Assembly (NCBI RefSeq): GCF_964355755.1
Contig: NC_092673.1
Span: 28,021,648-28,085,647 of the forward strand
Length of the DNA stretch: 64,000 nucleotides
Origin: Antedon mediterranea
Lineage: Eukaryota > Animalia > Echinodermata
Direction of reading: 5' to 3'
The notes beneath the pieces are model-generated. The model searched no databases and had not been told where the DNA came from. It saw only the letters and a program-made list of their open reading frames with translations. Made by a program: the position numbers and the translations under genes. Shown here piece by piece: positions 42,201-57,200 of the stretch (its first letter is position 1; each line of letters opens with the position of its first letter).

Positions 42201-45200
42201 TTTATCAGGTATGTTTATATTTTACATTACAACCATCCCAGTAAAATTTCTGTCATTTTTATACCTCATATTGTATGGATGCATACAATAGCAACAACTG
42301 TACACGCTTTCTCTCTCTCTCCACTCTATAGTACTATTCAATTATATGCCAAGTAGCCAAGATGTCATCAAAATTTACAATTAAAATTCTGAAGAGAGGC
42401 ACTTTTCAAACAGAATGTATACTTTATTGACATGAAATAGTAATTTAAATCTATATTTTAACCGCTATGTCGTCATGTTATATGTATTATACGTTTTTCA
42501 ATATCTGTTAGATTCAAAATTATTTCTTCTATTACCAATAGGAGTACACAGGTGAAGGAAATCCATTTTTTGCTGATGTACTTGTGAAATTGAACAAAAT
42601 CTACACCTCAACCATTCCTCCAGACTTCGCACCTTCATGGGCTTTAAAGGTCACATGGTTTCAAATTTCCCAATTTCCGTCTGATCCAAATTTGGAATAT
42701 GTAAGTATTTTTAAGATACTGTAGAGTTTTGTAATTTATAGTAATTAAACATCTCAAATCGAGAGTTATCAATTACTTTATCATCCTTATTATCTCGCAT
42801 CCTTAGAATTTGAAACAAATTGGCAAATCACGTATGTCTATCTTTTATATTGAAGTAAATACATTTACATTATACATTAGATTATAAGTTCTCTTTTTAC
42901 CAAAACTGTAAAGTTTAATTTATTGTCCGCATGCACAGACATTGGAATGAGCTTCCTTCCTTGCCACAGTTTCACGGTGCAATCAATCACCAAAACACTA
43001 TTGAGTATGGCCTACATACTGCAGTTAATCAAACTCTTTTATTTTATCAGACATACTGTACAATGAACTTCAATACAGTGGCGTAACGGCTATGAACGCC
43101 TACTGGCTAAACCCAGGGGCCCCGGATCTTATGGGGGCCCTGGGCAGTGTCCAGAGGAAAACAGGCATTAAAATATGTCGGAAAAGGCGTAAAGCGTTGG
43201 AGGGCCACTTGGTGTTCCAAAGCCAGGGGCCTCAGCCTTCTGCGTTACGCCACTGCTTCAGTACTAGTACGGGTCTGTATATCTGCAAAATACAATGTCT
43301 CCTTATATCTAGACAACTTATATCTTACACCTTTTTATTTTAACAGCGAAACACGTTTCAAGCAATTCTTATTACTGATGGACTTTACACCTTCGGGATA
43401 TTCTTGTTTGAAGAGCAAAGCATGAACTGGGATCCGTCTTTAGAGAGTACACCGAATTCTCTGATTGGTTACAATATTAGGGGATATGGTCGTCAAAATT
43501 TCCAGTTGAACCAATATCGACCAGATCAAATTTTGGGTAATACTGACAGAAAAGGGCAATATGCGGTGCGTTTTGAATCAAATACAGCCTATACAATCAA
43601 TGGGAATAAGCGTTGCTTAGATTGGTATAACGAGGATAAAAGGACCTTTTTCAGCACTATTGGTCTCGGAACATGCCCTTGTGGACTATTACAAGCACTG
43701 AGAGACAACAGATACAACTATGTTCCTCGCATTTCTCTCAACGCATTTGGTCCGGGGAGAAGTGAGAGCATTAATGCAATTTTAGCTGAAGATGGAATCT
43801 CATCCAGTTTATTTTCACTTGTTGTATATTACCTTAATTTTGGTAAGATTAAATATTATATAGATAGGTTTCAAATCATAATGCACCTTTTTACAAAAAA
43901 GTGTGTGACTTAATTATCATGATCTCTCATGATAAGTTGACCACGAGAAATCATGTAATAATGTGCTAATGAGGTGTCATTATCAACGGTGAAAGCGCAC
44001 ATACCTAGTATTGTATTGTTCTAAACAAATTATCGTAAAAAACGAAGAATATATCTACTCTGCATCTATACCAGAATGTGCATTTCTTAAGATTAACCAA
44101 AGAATATTATATAAACGAAATATAAAGCAAAATTACACATTGAATAACATCAGAATCATTCTACAATATGTAATAAATTGACATTTTTTACGGTGATCGT
44201 ATTTCTAAGTACAGTATAATAATTATGATATTCAATCAAGTTGTGTTTGTTTACAAAAACCATTAGAGATACTTTTTTAAAGTTGATCAGAAACTATAAA
44301 ATAATTTGTTAACAATTTTGTTTGCAGGTCAATATTTCGCAATCTGTTTCCAAAGCGCTACTTTTAACTTTGCATTTTCTGGGACTGAGTGTTGTTACTG
44401 GTGGTACAGCTTTTCATTGATTCGAGGTTATAGAGGACTTGGTTTCAGCAGCTTTGAAATTCGTTATGCTTACTCTGGATTTGGCTTTACATTTAATAGT
44501 GAACGGTATACTAAACACATAAGTAAGTATATTTAATGATAATATGTATAAACATTTTATTCCCTGGTGGTTATATGGAGAAAGAGATGATCAATCACAC
44601 TTTGCAATGTATGGAAATAAATTCTGTACGCATTCTTATTTTCTCCTACTTGTTTAGCCTCGGACATCATGCCTCGGTACTATTGCTGCTTTTGGGCTAA
44701 AAATCCAAGGTTTTGCAGAATGTATATAGAGCGAAGACCACCAGCCAACTGCTGGTTTTACAGACCTCCTCGAATTTGTAAGTTTCAATATATTCACTTT
44801 TGTGACATATTATAACCTCAAGCTTTTAATAAATTCGGATTAGACCCTCTACGCTCTTCAAGTCCGACACATCCATTGTTTTAATTTTGTATTAAATTTA
44901 TTTACAGGTATTACTTTCTCATTATGTTAATTTCATTGCTATGTATTGCCATTGTTATTTCATTGCTATTTTTCGTACTGTATCCAATGTATTTGATAGT
45001 ATGGTGGCAAACCGTCGATTTTTGTTTGCTCCAATTTGCCATTGGTGAATAAAGAATAATAATAATTATGCCACATCACGCTCCGCTATACAGCACCCGA
45101 TACATACGGTTTTTTCCACTGAGCATGTTAACATGCTATTCTTTATTGAAATACTGAATGGGTAGCGTTGTCTATATGGCCCGGCTTATTTCTACTGTAC

Positions 45201-48200
45201 TCTTGATATGTTTCCAGCTTGGATGTTTGGTGATCCACATATAAGTACACAAGATGGATATCAATACACGTTTAATGGTAACGGTGAGTTTCTTTGCTCC
45301 GATGTTGAAAATGGAATGTTCCAGTTGCAATGCCGAATGACTCCTCCAATCTCTGATCCATCTACAGAAGCTACAATATTTAGTTCTTTCGTTGGAAAGC
45401 ATACAGGAGAAAGTGAAACCGATGTAAGATATTATTTAGAAATGATTAATACTAAACAGTATATTAATATACTTTATTTTCCCACGGGAAACACCTGACT
45501 CACCAAAAGTTGTTTTTCATCAAGATCATTTGTTGTAATGAAAAAAATTAAGAAATGAGAAAGGAAAAATAAGCCTCGCCGGATACCCACCCGGTGTATA
45601 AGTAATAACCGTTTGAAAGTATTTTAGTTGCCTTTCTATGTCGGTACATCACTCCTCTCTTTGCTAGACATTGCTGGACACGTGATTACCATATCAATGT
45701 ATACCATTACCATATCCACCTTCTTGGACTATTCCATTAGGTTTTTAACCGTTGACGAGATTAAATGTGACAAATGTACTAAAATGTATTCCTTCATGAC
45801 AAATGTTATAGGTTCAATTCACACTGAGCAACAATGGCACTGAAATTAGCATCCTGATTAATCAAACCATTGAGATCACCGTCGACACATTAAGAAATGG
45901 TAAAGTATTCTGCAGTTAGGCCTACTACTGTACTTAATTAAATGGAAAAAAAATGTCTTATTGGTGACCTGTGGGCCAAAGACGAACATTGAGTACATTT
46001 TATATGGTCCGTGAAAAGCTAATACTAAAAAAAATATATAAAAGGTTAAAGTTGTATTGTCCCCGAAAACATGAAAAAAGAAGATTAATTAAAATCAGAC
46101 TTTTAATAGATTATTTTGTAATTTTAACCAAATTAATTACTTCCGTAGAAAAATAGAAATGCTTTCACATATAAAATGACAAAATAAATAGTTAAATGCA
46201 ACCGAAAATTCATTAGCTGGCAGCCAATTTGACTATAGTTTAAACCTTTTTTTCAGATAGATAAATTTTGTTGGTTTCGATCCAAAGTGGATAATTATTA
46301 TGTGACATTAAAATGGCATATTCAACCAAAATGATTTTTTTCAGGGAGACAATACATCTTAACATTTCTTTAAAACCCCTTATGCTTCTTTGACACCTGT
46401 GACACTACGCTCTATAGGCTGTTGTTGAGAACCGGTAGCCTAACAAAATATTTCACAAGAGCTTCTAATAAATGATTAATTCCTTAAATATTTGTTTCCC
46501 AAATGATACATTTTGATTGTACATTTGTATTTCATATTAAACGCTCTGTCTACACTATCAATCTCTATGTGACAACTAATGTGATGTGGCCATATATGTA
46601 CATGGTGATGTCGTATCACTACAATATTTTGGCATATCCCTACCACATCACACTTTTTTGTCTAGACTAGTTTGATAGTGTAGACAGAGTTAAATGAAAG
46701 TATTCTATTGTAATAAGATTTGTGTTGTTTTAAAAAAGGAACTTATGCAGTGGATGCGGATCCGGCATTTAGTTTGTTTATAAAAGAGGAAAACAACTTG
46801 ACAATGAGTAGTGAACGAGTTTACGCTTCATGGAGCACCGGGATAGCCTTTGGAATATCCATTATTGAAAAAATGCTGGATGTATTGGTAGAGTATGATG
46901 AGAAGTACATGGGAAAAACTATGGGCTTATTTGGTAAGTTATTGTATCTGCCTTCTGTATGAGGAAAAACTATGGGCTTAGGCCTATTTGCAGTGGCGTA
47001 ACAGGCGGGGGCGGGGGGGGGGGAGAATACCCCCCTGGCGGATTTTACCGGGTTGAGAAGCGTTCGATCGGGCTGGGTAACAAGTCAAAAAAAATAAAAT
47101 ACAAAGAAGGGATAGAAGAAAGAAAAAGAAAGAAAATATAAGATAAGAATAAAATATACGATATATGATGGCTTCAAATGAGTCAAATGAGTCACAGTAC
47201 AGTATGATATTCAAGTATGATATGAAATACACAAAATCCTGATTGACAACTCGTGGGAAGACGCACTGCTTAACAGTACATTAACATGCGGTCAGTTGAC
47301 TCTGGTTTTTGGCGTCTTTTATCTAAGCCGCCATCGCGGGCATCTCATACACAATTGTGAGGCTGTGCTGTGCGTGTGAGGCCACCTTAAAAAAAATACA
47401 CTCCTACTAATCGTATGTAACGCGCTAGCGATCAGCAAAACGAACGTACTTTCGTGGGAGTGTTGACAAAGTGCGAGGCAGCGAGGCATGCGAGGCATCA
47501 TTTTATCATTTCCAAAAGTGCGAGGCAAGCGAGGCATATAGTTTACAATTTCAAAAAGGTGCGAGGCATATCTTAACGTGCTATTATGCTATATTATAGG
47601 CCTAATAATCAATCGATACAAGCGTATCTAAATAGATTCGTGTATACACTCATCATGTTGTTTATTTTTATGTAACGACTGTTTTTTCATTCAAGTCATA
47701 TCGTGTCAAATTTTACTTTTACAAAAGTGCCCAAACTACGGTTCAAAAATCTGAACGACAGTCTTCAACTTTCGATAAACAATAATTGTTATAGCGACAC
47801 ACTCATCAAATGACTGCAATGTTTGTTGGCATTTCGAGCGTGTTCACTCACATGTCTCTCGAACATAGCAGAGTGAAAATAATATTTTGTCACACCCCTG
47901 CGCCTAGATCCGGTAGACCCGAGAGATGAAAAATCCCTCTTTACTATTTAGCAGGTAGCGGAATGATTCAGCCCTCAGCTCAGAGGATTGTGGTGCATTC
48001 CCCTCCTATAGCACGTGGTTTCAGCAGCAACGCACATACTTCTCTCTGAGCGGCGTGCCAAAGACATTTTTGACATTCCATTCTCTACGAACAACACGTG
48101 TACCTCTCTCGCAAATAAGGTGAACAGCGATTGCCAGGACAAGTTCAATAACTGGCGGTGAATAAAAGGTAACTGATATGCCGATCCAATAACATGCCGC

Positions 48201-51200
48201 AAAGAAAAAAATTGCGACAGAATTCTGGAGCGCGTGTGAAAAAAGACTTACGTCCGACAATTGTAATACTAGGCCTAAAATTAAACTTAGAGGCTAGATA
48301 AGAGGCCTATGTAGAAAATAATTTAATCAATTTTGATATAATAATAATTGGTGTAATATTTAATAATGATACACTATTCCTGTTTTAGTAAGCTAGGTAT
48401 ATTACGAACGATTTTTATTTATTGTTGTCCATGTACGTACTAATAAACCTGGCGCTAGTTTCCTTCGCTTGTATTTTTACTCCAAATTTGATAACTAACT
48501 TTATCGTGTGAATACCACACCTTAGAAGTATACCTCATGAGTACTTTAATGAAAGAATCACATAAAAAGTAACAAATAAATCCTTAAATTAATGATTTTA
48601 CAGGCATGTTTCTCGCACACTGTTCTTCGCGAATTTCACTTATTCAATGTTCAATATTTTTGTTTCTATGGAGCGCCAAAAGAGCAACGACAATAGAGGA
48701 CTAAAACTCAGTGGAATGCGTCAATTTCTCATGCATTTATCATCACGTTTTATTTCAATATATTTGTTAATTTGTCAATAAAAATGCTTTAATATGTTAC
48801 TGCTGATACTGTTCTGTTTTCAAAGAATAATAATCGATCCTAAATCAACATCACTACCTAGTCTAGACCTAGGACATCCTACTTAGGATATTATGATGAA
48901 TTTTTCTATTTTATTCTTTAAAAGGTTAACGACGGTGTACATTATCAACAGTAACATTTTTCCTTACTAACAGTGACAAAATCTATTGAAATTGTACTTG
49001 ATTTTCACCAAATAATGCGTTAAATATAAATGGATTCCACAGAGTTTTTAGCCCTCTAATTAATTTTGCTCTTTTGGCGTTCCATAGAAACCAAAATATT
49101 GAACATTGAGTGTGCGAAATGCGAGAAAAACAACGTCTGTAAAATCACCAATTTAATGGATTTATTGTTACTTTTATGTGATTTTTCTTCATTAAAGTAG
49201 GCCTAATTCTAAGCTGTGATATTCAGGATAAAGTTGGTTAAAATACAAGGCAGGTGCAAAAGGAAACTAGCCTAGCAGGCCTAGGCCTAGGCTACTTCAA
49301 TTTCGGTGATTTCCTGCCTTGCAATTTTGAGAAATGATAAAATGATGCCTCGCATTTTTTGATGATGGTAAAACGATGCCTTGCATAAATTTCTGACTTG
49401 CCTCGCATGCCTTCCCTGCCTCGCGTGCCTCGCACTTTGTTACAACCCCTTTCGTGGCTGGCTGTCACTCCAATACTCAATCTTTCACAGGCCCGTAACC
49501 AGGGGGATCGGGAGATCGTACCCCCCGCTGAACAGCGAGTTCCGCTTGGCCTCCCACTTTTTTTTTGCTGGGCATACTAACACAACACTACGATTGTTTA
49601 CTACAGGTCTAGTCAAGCCTTAATAAATTTAATTAATATAAATCGACATAAGAATATAAAGTATATTTTAACTAAAATATAAAAACCTAACACTAAATTT
49701 ACAAGATAAATTCTATTTGATAACTGCTGAACATCGTGGTTCTGGAGCTAGCCGTACACAGAGCATAGTTGTTTGCTTGACATAAAAGGGTATTCCCCTA
49801 CACAGGTCTCTGCGTGCGTGTGACGTGCCCAGCCAGCTGCTTGATAGTATAGAGAGAAAGCATGCAGCTCACGCAAGTGCAAGATGCAATGGTTGAGTGA
49901 ATTCAGGGATCATCTTAATTCCATGGTTTTTTTACCTAAACACCACATGATGCATGGTGAATATGCATGTTAAAGTCTCAATGATACGATCCCTTAATGT
50001 ACCATGTTGTTGCTAGGAGGCTTAAAGGGAGGAGGGATCTAGCCTAGTTTCGGTCGGCAAGAGAATGCCGTCCTCTGACAATTTAAGGTCGGCAATAAGG
50101 TCGGCAATTGAAATTCGTGGGCTGGAAATTACACCAAATTATAGGCCTATAGTTCATAAACAAAAGAGATTAGCCGGAAATGCGATTTGCGGCCATACAT
50201 AGGCCTATAGAGAAAAAAAAATTCGAGGGTATGGTTCCACTAAACAACTAAAGCTTGGTTCCCACTAGAACGTAACGCAAGGACGTAAACGCAACGCAAG
50301 CGTTTTAACCAATGACAAGCGAAGTTATAGACAGCAATCACAAGCGAATAAGCCATCGCTTGTGATTGGTCAATTCACGTGCGTTGCGCACGTGGGAACC
50401 ATGACGCTTTAACGATCCACCCCGCCGTCAAACCTGGTTACGGCCCTGTTTCAGTCTTCTAACCGGAAAAATTACTACCTTTGCCAGGTGCGGATCCAAT
50501 GTTAGATTGGGTTTTCACATGTTCAAATGTTATGTCACCTGAGTTTTTAACGGTGGAAAATGTACGATCATTTTGCTGATTGCTGTGCAATAAATGGAAG
50601 TGTTATTTCCAGGCCAACTACTACTAGTTGGAGGCGCCATTTATCATGAATTTTATGTGCGAGAGTACCATTTCCGACGATCTAGGGGTGTCATTTACCA
50701 AAATTCGCTTCGCGACAGCCCCCACCATGGAGGGGGGGGGGGCTGTGGCTCAAGTACTTGGTGTCTGGAAGGATTTTCCCCTCTTTGCCCCCCCCCCCCC
50801 CTCCCTGACAAGACCCCCTTGTTACGCAGCTGATGTATCTGCCTACTGTATAGGGAAAAACTATGGGCTTATTTGGGGTAAGTTATTGTATCTGCCTACC
50901 ATATGGGAAAAACTATGGGCTTATTTGGTAAGTTATTGTATATGCCTACTGTATGGGGAAAACTATGGGCTTATTTTGTAAGTTATTGTATCTGCCTACT
51001 GTATGAGGAAAAACTATGGGCTTATTTTGTAAGTTATTGTATCTGCCTACCATATGGGAAAACCTATACGGGCCTTTTTGGTAGTTATTGTAATCTGCCT
51101 CTATCTATAAAAAAAAAATATGTTTTTTTGTTATTCTATCTGATTACTATCTATAATATAACTACCTGAGTTTTTTTTTCCAGTAACATAAAGTATTCGA

Positions 51201-54200
51201 TTGCGTTAATTAATCTATACTATAGATATGTTTATAAACTAAGTCTGAAAATGTCATTTAGGTGTATGGAATGGATACAATACGGATGAAGTATGCAATA
51301 GAACAAGTAGTCTATGTCTGGATACAAACACATCATCAGAGTCTGAAATATTTGATTTTGCTAATACCTGTAAGTAATTAAATGGCTTATTGAGGGCGGT
51401 GATAGCCAAGTTTTTTCATTTAGTTTCTTTTTTTATTGTTATTTAGATAATGTTAAGGAAATAATATCGCATGAAATATGCAATAAAACAAGTAGCCTTT
51501 TTATTGGTTTTGTAGTTACTTTCTAGTATTAGGCCTTCATATTATTTGTGTAGTTCGAAGTATTATAGTGTATGAGTGTATGAGGTGAAAGATGAAAGGT
51601 TATATTTTCAACAGAACATTCCATCTTTAACTACATGAAATTATTTGTTATGTTAACATAGGTAACATAGTATAATCGATCTTTTTGTCTACAGGGAGAT
51701 TAACAGAAGAAGAGGCAATGTTTGTCTATTCCGAGAATGAAAGTTATGCCGAATTTAACAATAATGCTTTTAGGCCAAAGTTCCTTGATGAACTGATAGA
51801 ACAAAATGCCGGAACAGAATTGTTATCAGATGGGGAAGCATTATGTGCCGGCAACAAAGAGTGTTTGTTTGATGTTTTAGCAACAGGTAACCTAGCTATT
51901 GGTGAAAGTACCAAAGCTACTGAAGAATCAAATATCAATGACGCAGAAACATTGGGTATGTTATTTTCTTTCTTCTTTTTTTTTTCTTCTGTTTTTGTAA
52001 TATAAATGCTTATGTATATAACAAATATGGTAGTGATATGCCCAAATATAGTAGTGATATTACATCATTATATCCTTATATGGGCACATCACATTTTTTT
52101 TGTCACATAAAGTTTGATAGTGTAGACAGAGCTTTATTCATCAAAGAATATAGTATATTGAGTTTATTTTACCAAGCCTACCATAAAAGTAACCTTACAT
52201 ATGATCATCGGTAGAAATCTTGGATTTGTACAAATCCTCAATACCGTGTTAGGATTTGTATTAAGTAATAATTACCCCTGAGTGATAACTTTCTTTCGTC
52301 ACATTATCTTCGCAGAGAACATACCACCAGTTATTTTTAACATTATTGATCAAAGCAGTGATCCCGTATTGATAGGCGAGGATGAGTTGTATGTTCGTGT
52401 AAATGAAACTGTAACATTGCAAGTAAACGCCACTGACGAGAACACTAACGAAGTGTTAACATACTCCACTGAAATGGAATATCCAGATTTTAACATGGAT
52501 AGCTCAAGTAAATATATTACAATTGTCATGCAATGATGATTTAAGCTTGGTTCCCACTAGCGACGCAACGTAAGAAAAGCCTTTCTAATAATTGTGTTTG
52601 CCCTGCGTGAAATCATACCTGCGATGTTTGCAGCACTGTTGCGTCATCCCACTCAAAGCTTGATTCCTACTAGCGACGCAACGTAACGCAACCTACACAA
52701 CGTAAAAAAATGCCCTTCAAATAATTGTGTTTACTAGAGGGTGAGCTCGCTTCGCTCGCTCCCCTCTAGGATGTGTAGACGATGGTTCTCGGAATGATAA
52801 TGTTCTCCTTTTACGTTTTCTGTCGGTTACCATTATTGAAAATGCTTGACATTCGTAAAACTAAACTACTTTGTTTCACAGTGTTTTAGATGATTAATAA
52901 CATTTTAAAGTATAGTTTTTATTGTTTGGTAGGGCCCTTTGGGGAGGCGGAGGTCATTTGAGGGAGGTGCTTATTCGAGGGATATATGTTAAATTTGTTA
53001 GTTTTAATAATATGGTAACATTTATAATCAAATGAAATCCTCTAATAGATATGAAAAGTGCTAAAAAAGAATAACAAATGCTTGGTGGTAAATTGTAGAT
53101 AACAGTGCGGTGAATTCTACTACAAATAGTATAATGTTGTTATTATAAATATGTGGATGGACGTTTATTAGATAGTTGGGTTGGGGCGGGGGGGGGGGGG
53201 GGTTGGGTTTATTATTCAAAGTGATGTTTTATTGGAGAGGCGTTTATTCAAATGAATACCATCCTAATAATTATTAATACATTATTTAATTTAATCATCT
53301 TTTGAAACTGCCGTAACAGAGTGGGCCCAAGAAAGAAGACATTACGGCTTGCAACATGGGCAGACATCTCGGTCCTAACGGGACACAGGAAGATAGCCTA
53401 CAGTTATTCCTGCAAGCTTACTCAATAAAACTCAGCTATCGGGATTTCACTCGAAAAATGTCTTATCATCAAATCTCCCTATGTAATTTTATAAAACTAT
53501 TCCCCACAATATATTCTGATTCTTTATGACGTATATTTAATTTGATCTTTATTAATTTGCAGTATAATTTAACTACTGTACCTTCACACACGCGTGGTAT
53601 GTTTTAAAATAAACAAAAAACTGAAATGGCTATGACTAATGGCCAACCACTCCTACTATCTGATTTTCCAAAGGGACACTGTATTGATTGATGGAAAGTG
53701 CCTGTTTCCAGTCACCTTTAGGGTCAAATCTATTATTTTAACTGCTCCCTTGTGTTTAAAAGAGAGAAAATATTTGAAACTAAGGTTGTTGCAAGGTGAA
53801 CTTATCTTAAACCCGGAAATTACTTTGACCGGGAAGAATTGAAATTGAGAGGAAAATCCAATGTTGAAATCATAAATGTTGTTAAAAAACTCTTTATAAT
53901 ATTTTCCTAAGATATAAATATGGAACAATAGCGTCGGCGTGCACACTAATGTTATCAAATCTACGTTTCGCGGTACATCTCGGAAAGATAAGGTAGGTAT
54001 CCAAGGCGGAGATTTGTACCGAAGTTTTTGCATTGTGCTCGCCTATGTCAGAATTAACCATAATTTATATATAGATACCCACCTGCGTAAAATCAAACCT
54101 GCGACGTTTGCAGCACTGTTGCGTCGTCGGTTCCCACCTGTGATTACGCAATACAGCATTTTTCGTCAATACGTCGCTGCGTCGCGTTGCGTCGTAGTTG

Positions 54201-57200
54201 GAACCACGCATTATTCCACCAAATGGATCTCGTGGAGGAATTAAGCTAGGAATATTATATATATATATATAGAAACAAATCAGGCAAAGAACATTAATTC
54301 ATGTAAAGGCACAGAAGAAATTATCGTTACAGATTTAAGGCACTCCTCAACCAAACTTATTGTGTTAGAACAAGTCTTCTCAGATAGGACATACAGCTGG
54401 AGGTTCAGTGTACTCTGACTCGTGTGTACCTAAAAGAACCCTAGGGTACCTTTCAGAAAGAGTAAGAGGTTAGCCTAGTGTTGTGGTCCATTTTCAGCCC
54501 CCTTCTTTTTATCACTGTTTTTTGGTTTAAGTGTTTCTTTATATATCCATCTGTTTAACTTTAGCCGGATTATTTACGTGGACACCAACTAATGTTGAAA
54601 GAGTAAACATTACTTTTGATGTGAGTGACACCGCGCAGACTACAAGCTTCACAATGGAAGTTCGTATATGCAGCTGCATCAATGGCGGAACGTGTGACTT
54701 TGATGATCTTTTAGACGATTATGACATTAATGATGACAAGTTTGCAGTAAGTAATGATTTAGGCTACATTATGACATTAAATGACATAGTAATATCTTAT
54801 CTTACGCTAGTTTCCATTTTAAAAAGAGATGCTCGTGACGCATTGGCTTAACAATAATACATGGATGAAATCGTCACAGTAAAAGTCATAGTCCGAGCAG
54901 ATGATAAAAGGTCGTAAACTTTGATTTAAAGTTATCATATGATATAAAGTGTGGTTCTTAAAAGACGCTTCTTGACGTTTTAACAATATGGCTCCTATCG
55001 TCGTCAAGAGAGGAAACCAGAAAGTACATACATGACGTTGTATACTGCAAACTGTTTATCATACTACCTGAAACCTTCAAACGTCAAATATAAGAAATAC
55101 TCGCTGAAGACGAGTTCCTAAATTGAATATGTTATTTTCTTGAAAATGATTTGACTCTTACAATACTATAGTATGTGATGTATTTTTTTGAAATCAATAA
55201 AAATGAAATGTTGATATAATTACACACCCTTTCCATTATGAATGGGTGGTCTATGTGAATCAAATAATATGATGATTATGTTTTATTCATTGAAAGGTTG
55301 TACAGTGTGTCTGCTCTGCCGCCTGGGATGGATTCGACTGTTCTGAAGATTTCGACGCTTGTATGGAAAGTCCCTGCCACACCGGTGTTATCTGTATAGA
55401 CAATATGGCTCCAGAAGAGAATGCGACATGTGGAAGCTGTCCAAGTGGATTAATAGGCGATGGATTCGGTTGCTACGGTAAGAGGTCGAGGTTCATTGCG
55501 CATGTTGCTTTTCTTAGTGTAGTAGTTATTAATTCCTGTCTAAATGTTGTTAATTAATATCATAACAACGTAGATTTTTCCTATTCATTAGAATACTTTT
55601 TATTTTTTCATTTTTTTTTTCAAATGTTAGATTACAACGAATGCACTGCTGGACAAGATCAGGTTGAAGGTGCCCCATTCTGTGACCAATTATGTACGAA
55701 TACCCTGGGAAGCTACACATGTAGTTGTAGGTCTGGATATGAGCTGCATCCAAATGAACGAGACTGCCTAGGTAAAGTATGAAACATGTTTTGTTACTGC
55801 ATTTTTAAATTCAGTTTTCTTTTTATATTATGCGCACTACTCTACATACATAAAAAGACACTTTCCTGTGAAATGACCCCACGTAGTATCTAATAACCTA
55901 CCTTGTATACCTCGCGTTATCTGCCATTTGGCATACGTCTATGACAGTCTTCTTTCTCCATACTTCTCTATTTAATGCTTCTTCTGTTAGTTCCCAATAT
56001 TATGTATTTTTATTTGTTACTCCATAGGAGACACTGTATTGTTATACTGCTTAAAATATAATTATTATTTTGCTTTTTTTAGACATAGACGAGTGTGATA
56101 GACAAACAGATAATTGTAATGATAGTGCCACGTGTGAGAATACCAGTGACGGTTTTAATTGTACATGTAATGAAGGTTATGATGGCGATGGAGTAACTTG
56201 TGAAGGTATTGTGGCTATTTTTGAGCAATTGAAAAATTTAGATATTTACATTTCAATTATTCAGTAATTATCTCATAGAAATTAAGTTCCCTTTTGTATG
56301 ACACGCAACGAACATACACATAATAGTGACGTTTAGTCTAAACAGCTTTATAAATCATTATGGTGCGTATAGGAAGAGGAAACGGTTAAATATATTCTTT
56401 ATTACTTTAAGAGATTGATATCGGCCTCTGCTTTTGCAAGTTTCTTGTGTTATCTACATTGTAACAAGTTTGGTGTAAAAAAAACTCATTATTTCCTGTT
56501 AATAGCAAATACTTATTATTATCTATTATTGTTAGATATTAATGAATGTCAGACCGGGATATTTCCATGTAGCATGTTCGCTAGCTGTCGAAACACTATT
56601 GGTGAATTTGTATGTGAATGTAGCAATGGTTATTCAGGGACAGGAATAACTTGTGAAGGTACGTACAACTACAATTCATAAATTAGGATACACCAGATTC
56701 AGTAACTAAAATATGTACAATAAAACTCCTTAAGTTTTAATGTGTGCATGTACGAAGCAGCAATACTATCCTCAGCGACGACAGTTATTATTTTGTATTA
56801 TCCACCAGTCAGCGTTTCGATTTTTGTCTGAATACTACATACAAAAGCAGTATTACACGTATAAAACGCCATATGTCTATAACCTAGACTAAAATGTGTG
56901 TTAACCTAAACATCATTTTCAATTTCAGATACGGATGAGTGTCGTCAGGATCTGGATGATTGTGACACGAATGCAGATTGCATTAATCAGGTTGGTTCTT
57001 ACCGATGCCAATGTAAATCTGGTTTTACGGGTAACGGCACACATTGTTATGACATTGATGAATGTACAGACGAAATCGCAGACTGTCATCCGAATGCAAA
57101 TTGTACCAATGTATTTGGCAGTTATACTTGCACATGTATTGATGGGTATGATGGCGACGGTCGGGCTTGTTTTGGTAAGTAGAACTACCGCTTTCAGGTA

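Larger units (their letters stand above)
46991..50832. mobile_element. Composite hAT-like insertion with nested elements
   Basis: Ends cagtggcgtaacagg / cttgttacgcagctg with poly-G/poly-C subterminal tracts; interrupts a 46-bp tandem repeat; no clear TSD. Confidence 0.65.

Noticed and set aside
43790-44360. Transmembrane helix at [19 protein letters not shown]
   Set aside because: Lies between AMOP cysteines with extracellular modules on both sides.
50903-51169. ORF beginning [10 protein letters not shown] as a duplicated VWD exon
   Set aside because: Only the last ~25 coding bases are copied within a 46-bp repeat; no acceptor or full exon.
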